A DNA stretch of 64,000 nt, taken from the NCBI GenBank assembly GCA_963708025.1, contig CAVPSB010000015.1:1-64000 (forward strand), given 5' to 3'. The notes beneath the pieces are model-generated. The model was not told the origin of the DNA. It searched no databases and saw nothing but the letters and a program-made list of their open reading frames with translations. This document shows positions 1-10,350 of this stretch, piece by piece. This DNA is from an uncultured Candidatus Rokubacteria bacterium. Its GTDB lineage: Bacteria > Methylomirabilota > Methylomirabilia > Rokubacteriales > DASRDR01. The translations under genes and the position numbers were made by a program. Every line of letters begins with the position of its first letter. Position 1 is the stretch's first letter.

Positions 1-509
<509 letters not shown>

Positions 510-525
<16 letters not shown>

Positions 526-1661
526 ACGGCTCCATCGTTCCGAAGACCGCGACGCCCCGGGGCTGGGAAGGTCGCCCGCCCACGCGCTGGGCGGAGCGGG
601 GGGTCCCGCGACGGACCTTCGTCAAGTTCTGCGCCGCCATGACGGCCGTCCTGGCGCTGCCTGACCGCTACCTGCCGCGGGTCGCCGCGGCGCTCGAGCA
701 GGTCCGTCGCCCGGCGCTGGTGTGGCTCGAGTTCCAGGACTGCGCCGGGTGCACCGAGTCCTTCCTCCGCGCGAGCCGCCCCTCGGTGGGCGACATCGCG
801 CTGGACATCCTCTCGGTCAACTACCACGAGACCATCATGGCGCCGTCGGGGAAGGCGGCGGAGAAGTCACTGATGGACACGGTGAGGAACGAGAAGGGGA
901 AGTATCTGGTGGTGGTCGAGGGCTCGATCCCCACCGGGGACGGCGGGATCTACTGCACCATCGGCGGCCGGACGGCGCTCGACATCGCCAAAGAGGTGTG
1001 CGGCAGCGCCGCCGCGACCATCACGGTGGGCGCCTGCGCCTTCTACGGGGGCTGGCCGTCGGCCAAACCCAATCCCACCGGGGCCGTCGGCGTCCAGGAC
1101 GCGGTGCCGGGTCTCACGCTGATCAACCTGCCCGGCTGCCCGCCCAATGCCGTCAACATCACCGCGACCATCGTCCACTTCCTCACCTTCGGCACGCTGC
1201 CGGCGACCGATCAGCAGGGCCGGCCACTGTTCGCCTACGGCGAGCGCATCCACGACCGCTGCGAGCGGCGCGCCCACTTCGACGCCGGCCAGTTCGTGGA
1301 GGAGTGGGGCGACGAGGGGCACCGCAAGGGCTGGTGCCTGTACAAGATGGGCTGCAAGGGGCCCGCGACCTATCACAACTGCCCCGTGGTCCGCTGGAAC
1401 GACGGGACGAGCTGGCCGGTGGGTGCCGGGCACGGCTGCGTCGGCTGCTCCGAGCGGGATTTCTGGGACACCATGACGCCGTTCTACCGGCGCCTGCCGC
1501 CACTGCCCGGTGCCGGCGTGCAGACCACGGTGGACCGCATCGGCGGCTGGATCGTGGGCGGCACCGCAGCGGCTTTTGCCGCCCACGGCGTCGTCAGTAC
1601 CATCCGCGCCAAGACCCGGCCGAAGGAACAGGGACAGCAATCGAAAGAGGAGGCCAGGTGA
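510..1661 (+). CDS. hyaA: Group 1 [NiFe]-hydrogenase small subunit with Tat signal and C-terminal membrane anchor
   Basis: RRTFVK twin-arginine motif; [32 protein letters not shown] and HGCVGC Fe-S motifs; no extra proximal Cys of the O2-tolerant type; ATG at 510. Confidence 0.93.
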
Positions 1662-3370
1662 TGCCGAAGATCGCGATCGACCCCATCACCAGGATCGAGG
1701 GGCACCTCCGGATCGAGGCGCAGGTGGAGGGTGGCAACGTCGCGGAGGCCTGGAGCTCGAGCACGATGTTCCGTGGCATGGAACTGGTGCTCAAGGGGCG
1801 CGACCCGCGCGACGCCTGGCTCTTCGCCCAGCGCATCTGCGGCGTCTGAACGACGGTTCACGCCGCCTGCGCCGTGCGCGCAGTGGAAGACGCTCTCGGT
1901 ATCAAGATCCCGGATAATGCCCGGATCATCCGCAACCTGATCGCGGGGATCCAGTACGTCCAGGACCACGTGATCCACTTCTATCACCTGCACGCCCTGG
2001 ACTGGGTGGACATCACGGGCGCGCTCAAGGCCGACCCCGGCGAGACTTCCAAGCTCGCCCAGTCCCTCTCGCCCTGGCCCAAGTCGAGCACAACCTACTT
2101 CAAGACCGTCCAGGATCGCCTGAAGAAGTTCGTGGAGTCTGGGCAGCTCGGCCTCTTCGCCAACGGCTACTGGGGCCACCCCGCCTACAAGCTGCCGCCA
2201 GAGGCCAACCTCATGGCGGTGGCGCACTATCTCGAGGCCCTGGACTGGCAGCGCGAGGTGATCAAGATCCACGCGATCCTCGGGTCCAAGAACCCGCACC
2301 CGCAGACCTACCTGGTCGGCGGGATGGCCATCCCGCTGGACCCCAACAGCGCCGCCGCGCTCAACGCCGACAAGCTGGCGCTCCAGCATCAGCTCCTGAT
2401 GACCGCCAAGGAATTCGTGGACCAGGTCTACGTCCCCGACGTCCTGGCCATCGCCCCGTTCTACAAGGACTGGGCCGCGCTCGGTGCCGGCGTCGGCAAC
2501 TATCTCGCCTACGGCGACTACCCCATCGACACGAGCGGCGACCCGGCGCGGCTCTGGCTGCCGCGGGGCGTGATCCTGAATCGCGATCTCTCGACGGTCC
2601 ACCCGATGGACCACAAGCAGATCACGGAGTGGGTCACCCGCTCCTGGTACGAGTACAGCGACGGCGACGGCAAGGCCAGGCACCCCTGGGACGGCGAGAC
2701 CAACCCGAAGTACACCGGCCCCAGGCCGCCCTACGAGTTTCTCGAGACCGACAAGAAGTACTCTTGGCTCAAGGCGCCGCGCTACAACGGTCTGCCGATG
2801 GAGGTGGGGCCGCTCAGCCGCATGCTGGTGGCCTATGCCTCGGGTCACAAGGCCGTGAAGCCGGCCGTGGACGGCGCGCTCAAGGCGCTCGGCGTGGGCC
2901 CCGCCGCGCTCTTCTCCACGCTCGGGCGTATCGCCGCCCGCGCCGTCGAGACCCAGGTGATGGCCGCCGAGCTGCTGGCCTGGCACGCCCAGCTGGTCGC
3001 CAACATCAAGCGGGGGGACCTCAAGATCCACGCGGGCGAGCGCTGGGACCCCGCCACGTGGCCGAAGGAGGCGCAGGGCTGGGGCTTCCACGAGGCCCCG
3101 CGCGGGGCCCTCGGCCACTGGGTCCGGATCAAGGACGGCGCCATCGTCAACTACCAGTGCGTGGTGCCGAGCACCTGGAACGCCTCGCCGCGAGACGGCA
3201 AGGACCAGCGCGGCCCCTACGAGGCCTCTCTCCTCGGCACGCCGGTGGCCGATGCGAACCGGCCCGTGGAGATCCTCCGCACGGTGCACTCCTTCGACCC
3301 TTGCATGGCGTGCGCGGTCCACGTGACCGGCCCGGCACGCGAGCCCATCACGCGCATCCAGGTCGCCTAG
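1661..3370 (+). CDS. hyaB: Group 1 [NiFe]-hydrogenase large subunit, 569 aa if the in-frame TGA at 1847-1849 (codon 63) is read through (candidate Sec)
   Basis: [19 protein letters not shown] continues in the same frame into the 1874..3370 [32 protein letters not shown] plus cleavable tail; TGATG overlap with the small-subunit stop. Confidence 0.93.
1863..1886 (+). promoter_or_regulatory. Putative bacterial SECIS stem-loop downstream of the in-frame UGA
   Basis: CTGCGC(1867-1872)/GCGCAG(1878-1883) stem with loop CGTGC, G at loop position 2; extended by CCG/TGG with bulged C1866; loop starts 24 nt after the UGA. Confidence 0.55.
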
Positions 3371-3380
3371 GAGCCGCGCC

Positions 3381-4022
3381 ATGAAGGGCGAGCGCGTCTA
3401 CGTCTGGGAGGTCCCGGTGCGCCTCACCCACTGGGTGATCGTGCTGGCGATCCTCGTGCTGTCCGCCACGGGCTTCTACATCGGTCACCCGGTGGTTGGC
3501 GGGTCGGTCTCGCTCATGGCCTGGGTCCGCGGCATCCATCGCCTGACGGCCTGGGTCTTCGTGGCGAGCCTCTTGCTCCGGACCTACTGGGCCTTCGCGG
3601 GCAACCAGTGGGCCTCGTGGCGCGTGCTATTCCCGTACCTGACGGCCGAAGGGCGGCGCGGCATGGGGGGCGTCTTCAGCTACTACATCTTCTTCCGCTG
3701 GCGCCCGCCATCTTTCGTCGGCCACAATCCGCTGGCCGGGACCGCCTACTCTTTTGTGGTGCTGCTCATGATCGTCCAGGTCGTCACGGGCTTCGCGCTG
3801 CAATCGCCGGGCGGAGGCGGCTGGCGGCATGCCCTCTTCGGCTGGGTCTTCTCGGTGCTGAGCCTGCAAGGGGCGCGCCTCGCTCACCACCTGATCATGT
3901 GGCTGCTCCTGGGCTTCATGGTCCACCACGTCTACAGCGCCGCCCTCATGGACGCCGAGGAGAAGAACGGCACCCTGACCAGCATCTTCACCGGCTACAA
4001 GTTCGGGGGGCGCCGCGCGTGA
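3381..4022 (+). CDS. hyaC: Ni/Fe-hydrogenase b-type cytochrome subunit
   Basis: YVWEVPVRLTHW, GHNPLA, and HH...HH heme ligands; four hydrophobic helices. Confidence 0.93.
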   Translation: MKGERVYVWEVPVRLTHWVIVLAILVLSATGFYIGHPVVGGSVSLMAWVRGIHRLTAWVFVASLLLRTYWAFAGNQWASWRVLFPYLTAEGRRGMGGVFSYYIFFRWRPPSFVGHNPLAGTAYSFVVLLMIVQVVTGFALQSPGGGGWRHALFGWVFSVLSLQGARLAHHLIMWLLLGFMVHHVYSAALMDAEEKNGTLTSIFTGYKFGGRRA

Positions 4023-4558
4023 CGGCACGCACGCTCGTGCTGGGACTCGGCAACATTCTCCTCCGGGACGAGGGGATCGGCGTGTGGGTGGCCGAGTCGC
4101 TCAGCCGCGAGTTCGGCTTTCCACTGGACGTCGCCACGCTCGAGGGCGGCACCCTGGGGCTCGACCTGCTCCCTCGCCTCGACGGCGTCGAGCGGCTCCT
4201 CCTGGTCGACGCGGTGAAGCTCGGCCGCGAGCCGGGCGAGATCGTCCGGCTCGAGGGCGATGCGGTCCCGGCGGCCCTCGACGTCAAGATCTCTCCCCAT
4301 CAGGTCGGAGTGCAGGATCTGCTGGCCGCGGCGCGGCTCATGGGCCGCGAGCCGCCGCTGATCGTGCTCTGGGGCATGGAGCCCGAACGTCTCGACCCGG
4401 GGACCGGCTTCTCGCCGCGGGTGGCCGAGGCTCTCCCTCAGCTCCGGGATGGGGTGCTCGACGAGCTCAGGCTCTGGGGCGTGCCGGGCGAGCCGGTCGC
4501 GGACGCCGCTCCGCCGCCGGTCTGGTGGGAGGCGCCGGGGGTCGGGAGGCCACGATGA
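4019..4558 (+). CDS. hyaD: Hydrogenase maturation endopeptidase (HyaD/HybD family)
   Basis: LGLGNILLRDEGIG, EGGTLG, VDAV and SPHQ motifs; GTG start overlaps the cytochrome b stop. Confidence 0.92.
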   Translation: MTARTLVLGLGNILLRDEGIGVWVAESLSREFGFPLDVATLEGGTLGLDLLPRLDGVERLLLVDAVKLGREPGEIVRLEGDAVPAALDVKISPHQVGVQDLLAAARLMGREPPLIVLWGMEPERLDPGTGFSPRVAEALPQLRDGVLDELRLWGVPGEPVADAAPPPVWWEAPGVGRPR

Positions 4559-6834
4559 GCGTCGTGACGGCCCGACGCATCGTGGTCGAGGGCGTGGTGC
4601 AGGGGGTGGGCTTCCGTCCCTTCGTCTACGGGCTGGCCACCCGCCGTGGGCTGGCGGGCTGGGTGCGGAACACGGCCTCGGGAGTGGAGATCGAGGTAGA
4701 GGGGCCGCCCGCCGCGCTCGAGGCTTTCCTCGGCGACCTGCGCGGCGAGCGCCCGCCGCTGGCCCACATCGAGCGGCTCCGCGAGGCCGACGCGCTCCCG
4801 CAGGGCCGGGATGCCTTCGAGATCGAGCAGTCCCTCGACGGGGATGGGTTCCAGCCCGTGTCGCCCGACGTGGCGACCTGCCCCGAGTGTCTCCGCGAGA
4901 TCATGGACCCCCGGGACCGGCGCTCCGGCTATCCCTTCACCAACTGCACGGACTGTGGCCCCCGCTTCACCATCATCCGCGCCGTCCCCTACGACCGGCC
5001 CCGCACCACCATGGCCGGCTTCATCATGTGTCCCCGCTGTCGGGCGGAGTACGAGGATCCCCGCGACCGACGGTTCCATGCCCAGCCCAATGCCTGCCCC
5101 GATTGCGGGCCGCGCCTGAGTCTGCTGGACGCCGGCGGTGACCCGTTGCCCGGGGACCCGCTGAGCGAAGCCCGCCGACTGCTCGCGGGCGGGCGCATCG
5201 TGGCCATCAAGGGCATCGGCGGGTTTCACCTGGCGTGCGACGCGACCAGCGAAGCGGCGGTGAGCCGGCTGAGGGCGCGGAAGGGGCGCGAGGGCAAGCC
5301 GCTGGCCCTCATGGTGGCGGATCTTCGGGACACCGAGCGGTTGTGCGTGATCTCGACCGAGGAGCGGAGGCTGCTCGCCTCGACGGCGCGGCCCATCGTG
5401 CTCCTTCGGGCGCGCCAGGCCTCCGGGGTCGCGCCCTCGGTGGCCCCGGGCCTGGGGCGGCTCGGCGTGATGCTGCCGTACTCCCCACTGCATCACCTGC
5501 TGTTCAACGCGCCAGACGGGACTCTCCCCCCACTGGTCATGACCAGCGGAAACCGGAGCGAGGAGCCCATCGCGACCGATAATGCCGACGCCCTCGACCG
5601 GCTCTCGGGCATCGCCGACGCATTCCTGCTTCACGACCGGCCGATCCACGTCCGGTGCGATGACTCGGTGACCCGGGTGGCGGCCGGGGGCGAAGTCCCC
5701 ATCCGCCGCTCCCGCGGATACGCGCCGTTCCCGGTGCGGCTGCCGTTCGAGTCCCACCCTGTGCTGGCGGTGGGCGCCGACTTGAAGAGCGCGGTCTGCG
5801 TCACGCGCGGGCCGTACGCCTTCGTGAGCCCGCACATCGGGGACCTCGAGAACGTCGAGACCTACGTCTCCTACCAAGGCATGGTCGACCGCATGGTGGA
5901 GCTCTTCCGGGTGCGGCCGATTGCCCTGGCGCACGACCTCCATCCGGACTACCTCTCTACGCGCTACGCGCTCGGCCTGAACCCTGAGCTGCCGCGGGTG
6001 GCCGTGCAGCACCACCACGCCCACGTGGCGGCGTGCATGGCCGAACACCGCCTCACGGGCCCGGTGATCGGGGTGGCCTTCGACGGCACCGGTTACGGCC
6101 CCGACGGGGCCGTCTGGGGCGGGGAGTTCCTCGTGGCCGACTACGCCGGGTTCGAGCGGGTCGCGCACCTGGGTTACGTGCCGATGCCCGGCGGCGATCG
6201 CGCGGCGCGGGAGCCGTTCCGCATGGCGCTGGCCCACCTCCTCCGGGCGTTCGGCGAATGGGACCCCGACCTGCCCCCCCTCCGGGAGGCGACGGAGGCG
6301 GAGCGGGGGATGATCCGCTGGCAGATCGAGCGGGAGCTCAACGCGCCGCTCACCTCGAGCATGGGCCGGCTCTTCGACGCCGTCGCCTCCCTCGCGGGCG
6401 TGCGCCACCGCGCGCGCTTCGAGGCGCAGGCGGCCATGGAGCTGGAAGCGCTGGCCGAGGGGCTGGCCGGCGCGCCCTATCCGGTCGAGATCACGGGCGG
6501 CGCGCCGCTCGTCCTCGAGCCCGGCCCGGTGATCCGGGGGGTGGTGGACGACCTTGCCGAGGGAACGCCTCCGGCGCGGATCGCCGCCCGCTTCCACGCC
6601 ACGGTGGCGGAGGCCGTCGTCCGAGTCTCCGAGCGGGTGCGCGCATCGAGGGGGCTCGACCGGGTGGTGCTGACCGGCGGCGTCTTCCAGAACGCGATCC
6701 TGCTCGGCGCGACCCGCCAGGGACTCGACGCGGGCGGCTTCGAGGTCTTCAGCCATCACCTGGTTCCCCCCAACGACGGAGGCATCGCGCTCGGCCAGGC
6801 GGCGGTGGCCCACGCGCGTCTCCAGGGGGCCTGA
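4555..6834 (+). CDS. hypF: Carbamoyltransferase HypF
   Basis: GVVQGVGFRP acylphosphatase domain, CxxC zinc fingers, QHHHAH, FDGTGYG, PPNDGGIALGQ. Confidence 0.96.
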   Translation: MSVVTARRIVVEGVVQGVGFRPFVYGLATRRGLAGWVRNTASGVEIEVEGPPAALEAFLGDLRGERPPLAHIERLREADALPQGRDAFEIEQSLDGDGFQPVSPDVATCPECLREIMDPRDRRSGYPFTNCTDCGPRFTIIRAVPYDRPRTTMAGFIMCPRCRAEYEDPRDRRFHAQPNACPDCGPRLSLLDAGGDPLPGDPLSEARRLLAGGRIVAIKGIGGFHLACDATSEAAVSRLRARKGREGKPLALMVADLRDTERLCVISTEERRLLASTARPIVLLRARQASGVAPSVAPGLGRLGVMLPYSPLHHLLFNAPDGTLPPLVMTSGNRSEEPIATDNADALDRLSGIADAFLLHDRPIHVRCDDSVTRVAAGGEVPIRRSRGYAPFPVRLPFESHPVLAVGADLKSAVCVTRGPYAFVSPHIGDLENVETYVSYQGMVDRMVELFRVRPIALAHDLHPDYLSTRYALGLNPELPRVAVQHHHAHVAACMAEHRLTGPVIGVAFDGTGYGPDGAVWGGEFLVADYAGFERVAHLGYVPMPGGDRAAREPFRMALAHLLRAFGEWDPDLPPLREATEAERGMIRWQIERELNAPLTSSMGRLFDAVASLAGVRHRARFEAQAAMELEALAEGLAGAPYPVEITGGAPLVLEPGPVIRGVVDDLAEGTPPARIAARFHATVAEAVVRVSERVRASRGLDRVVLTGGVFQNAILLGATRQGLDAGGFEVFSHHLVPPNDGGIALGQAAVAHARLQGA

Positions 6835-6847
6835 GAAGGGAACGGAC

Positions 6848-7144
6848 ATGTGCCTGGGCGTGCCGGGCAGAGTGCTGGAGGTGCGCGGCCTCGTGGCCAT
6901 CGTCGACTTCTGGGGCCTGCGCCGGCCCATCCTCCTCGACAGCGTGGATCAGCCGGTGAGCCCGGGTGACTACATCCTGAACCACGTGGGCTTCGCGATC
7001 CGCCGCATCCCGCCCGAGGAGATCGGGGAGACGCTGGCCCTCTACGAGCAGCTGCTGCGCGAGGCGGGGGACGATGTGATGGCGGCCGATGTGCGGGGCG
7101 AGATCCGAGCCACCGGCGGAGAGATGGACCATGCCGACGGCTAG
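6848..7144 (+). CDS. hypC: Hydrogenase chaperone HypC
   Basis: MCLGVPG N-terminus and GDYILNHVGFA. Confidence 0.93.
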   Translation: MCLGVPGRVLEVRGLVAIVDFWGLRRPILLDSVDQPVSPGDYILNHVGFAIRRIPPEEIGETLALYEQLLREAGDDVMAADVRGEIRATGGEMDHADG

Positions 7145-8276
7145 CCAGGACCAGCCGGTGTCCCAGCTCAAGTTCCGCGATCCGGCGAAGGCGCGAGCGC
7201 TCGCCGCGGCGCTGGAGCGCCTCACGCGCCGGATCGGGCGGGCCCCGGTCTCGGTCATGCACGTCTGCGGCAGCCACGAGCAGGCCATCGCCAAGTTCGG
7301 GCTGCGGGCGACATTCCCCAAGGGCCTGAACGTCATCATGGGGCCTGGCTGCCCGGTCTGCGTCACCGACGTGCCCGAGGTGGACGAGGCGGTGGTGCTG
7401 GCCATGCAGGGCGTCCGGATCGCGACCTACGGGGACATGGTGAAGGTGCCCGGCACCGTGAAGTCGCTGGCCGACGCCCAGGCCGACGGTGCCAGGGTCC
7501 ACGTGGTCTACAGCGTCGCGCAGGCGGCGGCGCTGGCCCGCGAGACCGACGAGGAGGTGGTCTTTTTCGCGTCGGGCTTCGAGACAACCGCCGTCGCCAC
7601 GGCCGCCGTCATCCTCCGCGACCCGCCCCCCAACTTCTCGGTGCTCTCCGCCCACAAGTACATCCCTCCGGTCATGGAGATCGTCGCCGAGATGCCCGGG
7701 ACCCGCGTCGAGGGGTTCCTGGCCGCGGGGCATGCCGCCACCATCACCGGCTGGGGGATCTTCGAGCGCTTCGTCGAGCGCTACCTCATCCCGGTGGTCG
7801 TGGCGGGCTTCGAGCCCCTCGACATCCTGGCCGGGCTGGCGAAGCTGCTCGAGGTGATCCACGACGGGCAGCCGCGCGTGGAGAACATGTACCCGCGATG
7901 CGTGACGCGCGAGGGCAACCTGCGCGCGCAGGAGCAGCTCTGGAGGGTGTTCCGACCGGTGGGCGGCCGGTGGCGCGGCATCGCCCACGTGCCGAACGGC
8001 AACCTCCGCCTCCGCGACGAGTGGGCCCACGTGGACGCGAGGCGGCGCTTCCGGATCGACGTGGCCGGCCTCTGGGACTACGCGCCGTCTGCGCTCGTCC
8101 AGGACTGCGTCTGCGGCGACATCATGGCAGGGATCGCCTCGCCCACAGACTGCGCGCTGTACGGCAAGGAGTGCCTGCCGGAGACGCCGGTGGGGGCCTG
8201 CATGGTCTCGAGCGAAGGCACCTGCAGGATCTGGCACCAGTACGGCGGCCACCCCGATCTCGGAGGAGCGCCGTGA
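7131..8276 (+). CDS. hypD: Hydrogenase maturation protein HypD
   Basis: CGSHE, GPGCPVC, GFETT and GACMVSSEGTC motifs. Confidence 0.95.
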   Translation: MPTASQDQPVSQLKFRDPAKARALAAALERLTRRIGRAPVSVMHVCGSHEQAIAKFGLRATFPKGLNVIMGPGCPVCVTDVPEVDEAVVLAMQGVRIATYGDMVKVPGTVKSLADAQADGARVHVVYSVAQAAALARETDEEVVFFASGFETTAVATAAVILRDPPPNFSVLSAHKYIPPVMEIVAEMPGTRVEGFLAAGHAATITGWGIFERFVERYLIPVVVAGFEPLDILAGLAKLLEVIHDGQPRVENMYPRCVTREGNLRAQEQLWRVFRPVGGRWRGIAHVPNGNLRLRDEWAHVDARRRFRIDVAGLWDYAPSALVQDCVCGDIMAGIASPTDCALYGKECLPETPVGACMVSSEGTCRIWHQYGGHPDLGGAP

Positions 8277-9313
8277 GAGCGCGGCCGCCCCTCCTCGACC
8301 AGCGCATCAGCCTCAAGCACGGGGCCGGCGGCCGGGCCATGCGGGCGCTCATCGAGGGCCTCTTCGTGAATGGCTTCGCCGAGACGCCCGTGGACGGGAT
8401 CGGCCTGGCCGCGATGGACGATGGAGCCGCGCTCCGGGTCGGCGACCGCTGGCTCGTCATCACCACCGACTCCCACGTGGTCCACCCGGTCTTTTTCCCG
8501 GGCGGCGACATCGGCCGGCTGGCCATCGCGGGGACGGTGAACGACCTGGCCATGATGGGCGCCACCCAGGTGCTGGCCCTCACTTGCGCCGTGATCCTCG
8601 AGGAGGGTTTCGCCCGCTCGGATCTCGAGCGCATCCAGGCGTCCATCCACAGCACCTGCCGTGAAGCAGGCGCCGTGATCGTCACGGGCGACACCAAGGT
8701 CATGGGCCGGGGGGAGCTCGACGGCATCGTGCTCAACACGACGGGCATCGGCTTCACCGACCGCGTGGTGCCCGACTCGGGTCTCCGGCCCGGTGACCGC
8801 ATCCTCGTCACCGGCACCATGGGGGACCATGGCTTCGCCATCATGGCGCTGCGCAAGGGGCTCGAGCTCGAGGCCGACCTCCGCTCCGACGTGGCCCCGC
8901 TCAACGATCTCGTCGCCCGCGCGCTCGCTGCCGGCGGAGGCGCAGTGACGGCGATGAAGGACCCGACCCGCGGGGGGCTGTCGAGCGCGCTCCACGAGAT
9001 GGCCGACAAGAGCGGCGTCGGCATCGTGCTGGACGAACGGTCCGTGCCCGTGTCACCGGTGGTCGGAGCGGCCGCCGACTTGCTGGGCATCGACCCGCTC
9101 CACATCGCCAACGAAGGCAAGGCGGTGCTGGGCGTCCGGCCGGAGGCGGCGGAGCGGGTGCTGGCGGCGCTCCGCGCCCACCCGCTCGGGGAGAACGCGG
9201 CCGTCATCGGGACATGCATCGCCGAGCACGCAGGCGCGGTGATCCTGGACACGGGTTTCGGGCGGCGGCTGCTCTCCGAGCCGGAGGGGGAGCCGCTGCC
9301 CCGGATCTGCTGA
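8273..9313 (+). CDS. hypE: Carbamoyl dehydratase HypE
   Basis: HGAGG, GTVNDLAM, GDTKV, DPTRGG, ANEG and C-terminal PRIC. Confidence 0.95.
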   Translation: MRARPPLLDQRISLKHGAGGRAMRALIEGLFVNGFAETPVDGIGLAAMDDGAALRVGDRWLVITTDSHVVHPVFFPGGDIGRLAIAGTVNDLAMMGATQVLALTCAVILEEGFARSDLERIQASIHSTCREAGAVIVTGDTKVMGRGELDGIVLNTTGIGFTDRVVPDSGLRPGDRILVTGTMGDHGFAIMALRKGLELEADLRSDVAPLNDLVARALAAGGGAVTAMKDPTRGGLSSALHEMADKSGVGIVLDERSVPVSPVVGAAADLLGIDPLHIANEGKAVLGVRPEAAERVLAALRAHPLGENAAVIGTCIAEHAGAVILDTGFGRRLLSEPEGEPLPRIC

Positions 9314-9323
9314 GGAGACGGCC

Positions 9324-10175
9324 ATGGCCGTAGAGCTGAGCATGAAGCACATCCGGATGGAGCGCGACGGCGCGGTGGGTGTCATCACCATCGACCGGCG
9401 AGAGCGCTTCAACTCGCTCGACGTGGAGGCCGCCCGGGACTTCCGTAGGGCGGGCCTCCGGTACGCCCGCGACGACGAGATCCGCGCCGTGGTGATCCGG
9501 GGCGCGGGCGGGGTCTTCTGCAGCGGGGCCGATCTCAAGTACATCCGGGCGGGCGGCGAGCGGGCCGAGCTCGGCTACCTCTCGCCGGACGCCCGGGAGG
9601 TCCCGGGCGGGTACGGCGAGATCTTCAAGCAGATCCTCGAGTACATCCACAGCACGATCTCCGAGATCAAGCGGGCCCCGAAACCGTTCATCGCCGCCGT
9701 GGACGGCATGGCGGCGGCGGGCGGCTTCGGAATCGCGATGGCTTGCGATCTCGTGCTGGCCAGCGCCCGCGCCACGTTCGAGTGGGCCTACCCGAAAACC
9801 AGTCTCACCGGCGCTGAGAGTTCCACCTTCTTTCTGCCCCGGCTCATCGGGCTCCGGCGATCGATGGAGCTGGTCCTGCTCAACCCGCGCCTCGACGCGC
9901 GGGCTGCGCTGGAGATGGGCCTGATCACTGCCGTCCACCCGGCCGAGGCCTTCGAGGACGAAGTGAGTGCGCTGGCCCGGAGGCTCGCCGAGGGCCCGAC
10001 CCGAGCCTACGGCGTCGCTAAGGCGCTGCTCAACCAGGCGGCGGGAGTGGACCGGCTCGACTACCATCTCGACCGGGAGCTCGAGCACCTCGCCCGCATC
10101 GCCGACGGGCGCGACTTCGCCGAGGGGCTCGAGGCCTTCTTCGCGAAGCGGCCGCCGCGCTTCGAGGAAGCCTAG
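9324..10175 (+). CDS. Enoyl-CoA hydratase/isomerase (crotonase) family protein
   Basis: FCSGADL, KPFIAAVDGMAAAGG and EGLEAFFAKRPPRF motifs; 10 nt after hypE with a GAGGAG RBS. Confidence 0.9.
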   Translation: MAVELSMKHIRMERDGAVGVITIDRRERFNSLDVEAARDFRRAGLRYARDDEIRAVVIRGAGGVFCSGADLKYIRAGGERAELGYLSPDAREVPGGYGEIFKQILEYIHSTISEIKRAPKPFIAAVDGMAAAGGFGIAMACDLVLASARATFEWAYPKTSLTGAESSTFFLPRLIGLRRSMELVLLNPRLDARAALEMGLITAVHPAEAFEDEVSALARRLAEGPTRAYGVAKALLNQAAGVDRLDYHLDRELEHLARIADGRDFAEGLEAFFAKRPPRFEEA

Positions 10176-10350
10176 CCCACTGCCGTCAGAGCGCGCGGGA
10201 TAAGTCGAACCGGAGCCTCGAGGCGGCGAGCGGACGCCGTCCACCGGCCGTGGACGCGGCGGTGACTTCTGGAGTAAGGTACGACCCGGGTGGGCCGCCG
10301 CCATGCGGGCGGCGATCGTGCCGTGACCGCCGTCCAGAGGAGGATCTCGC

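Noticed and set aside
1874-3370. Large subunit starting at 1874, as in the ORF track
   Set aside because: It would lack the essential N-terminal RIEGH and CxxC motifs, which are in the same frame upstream of the TGA.
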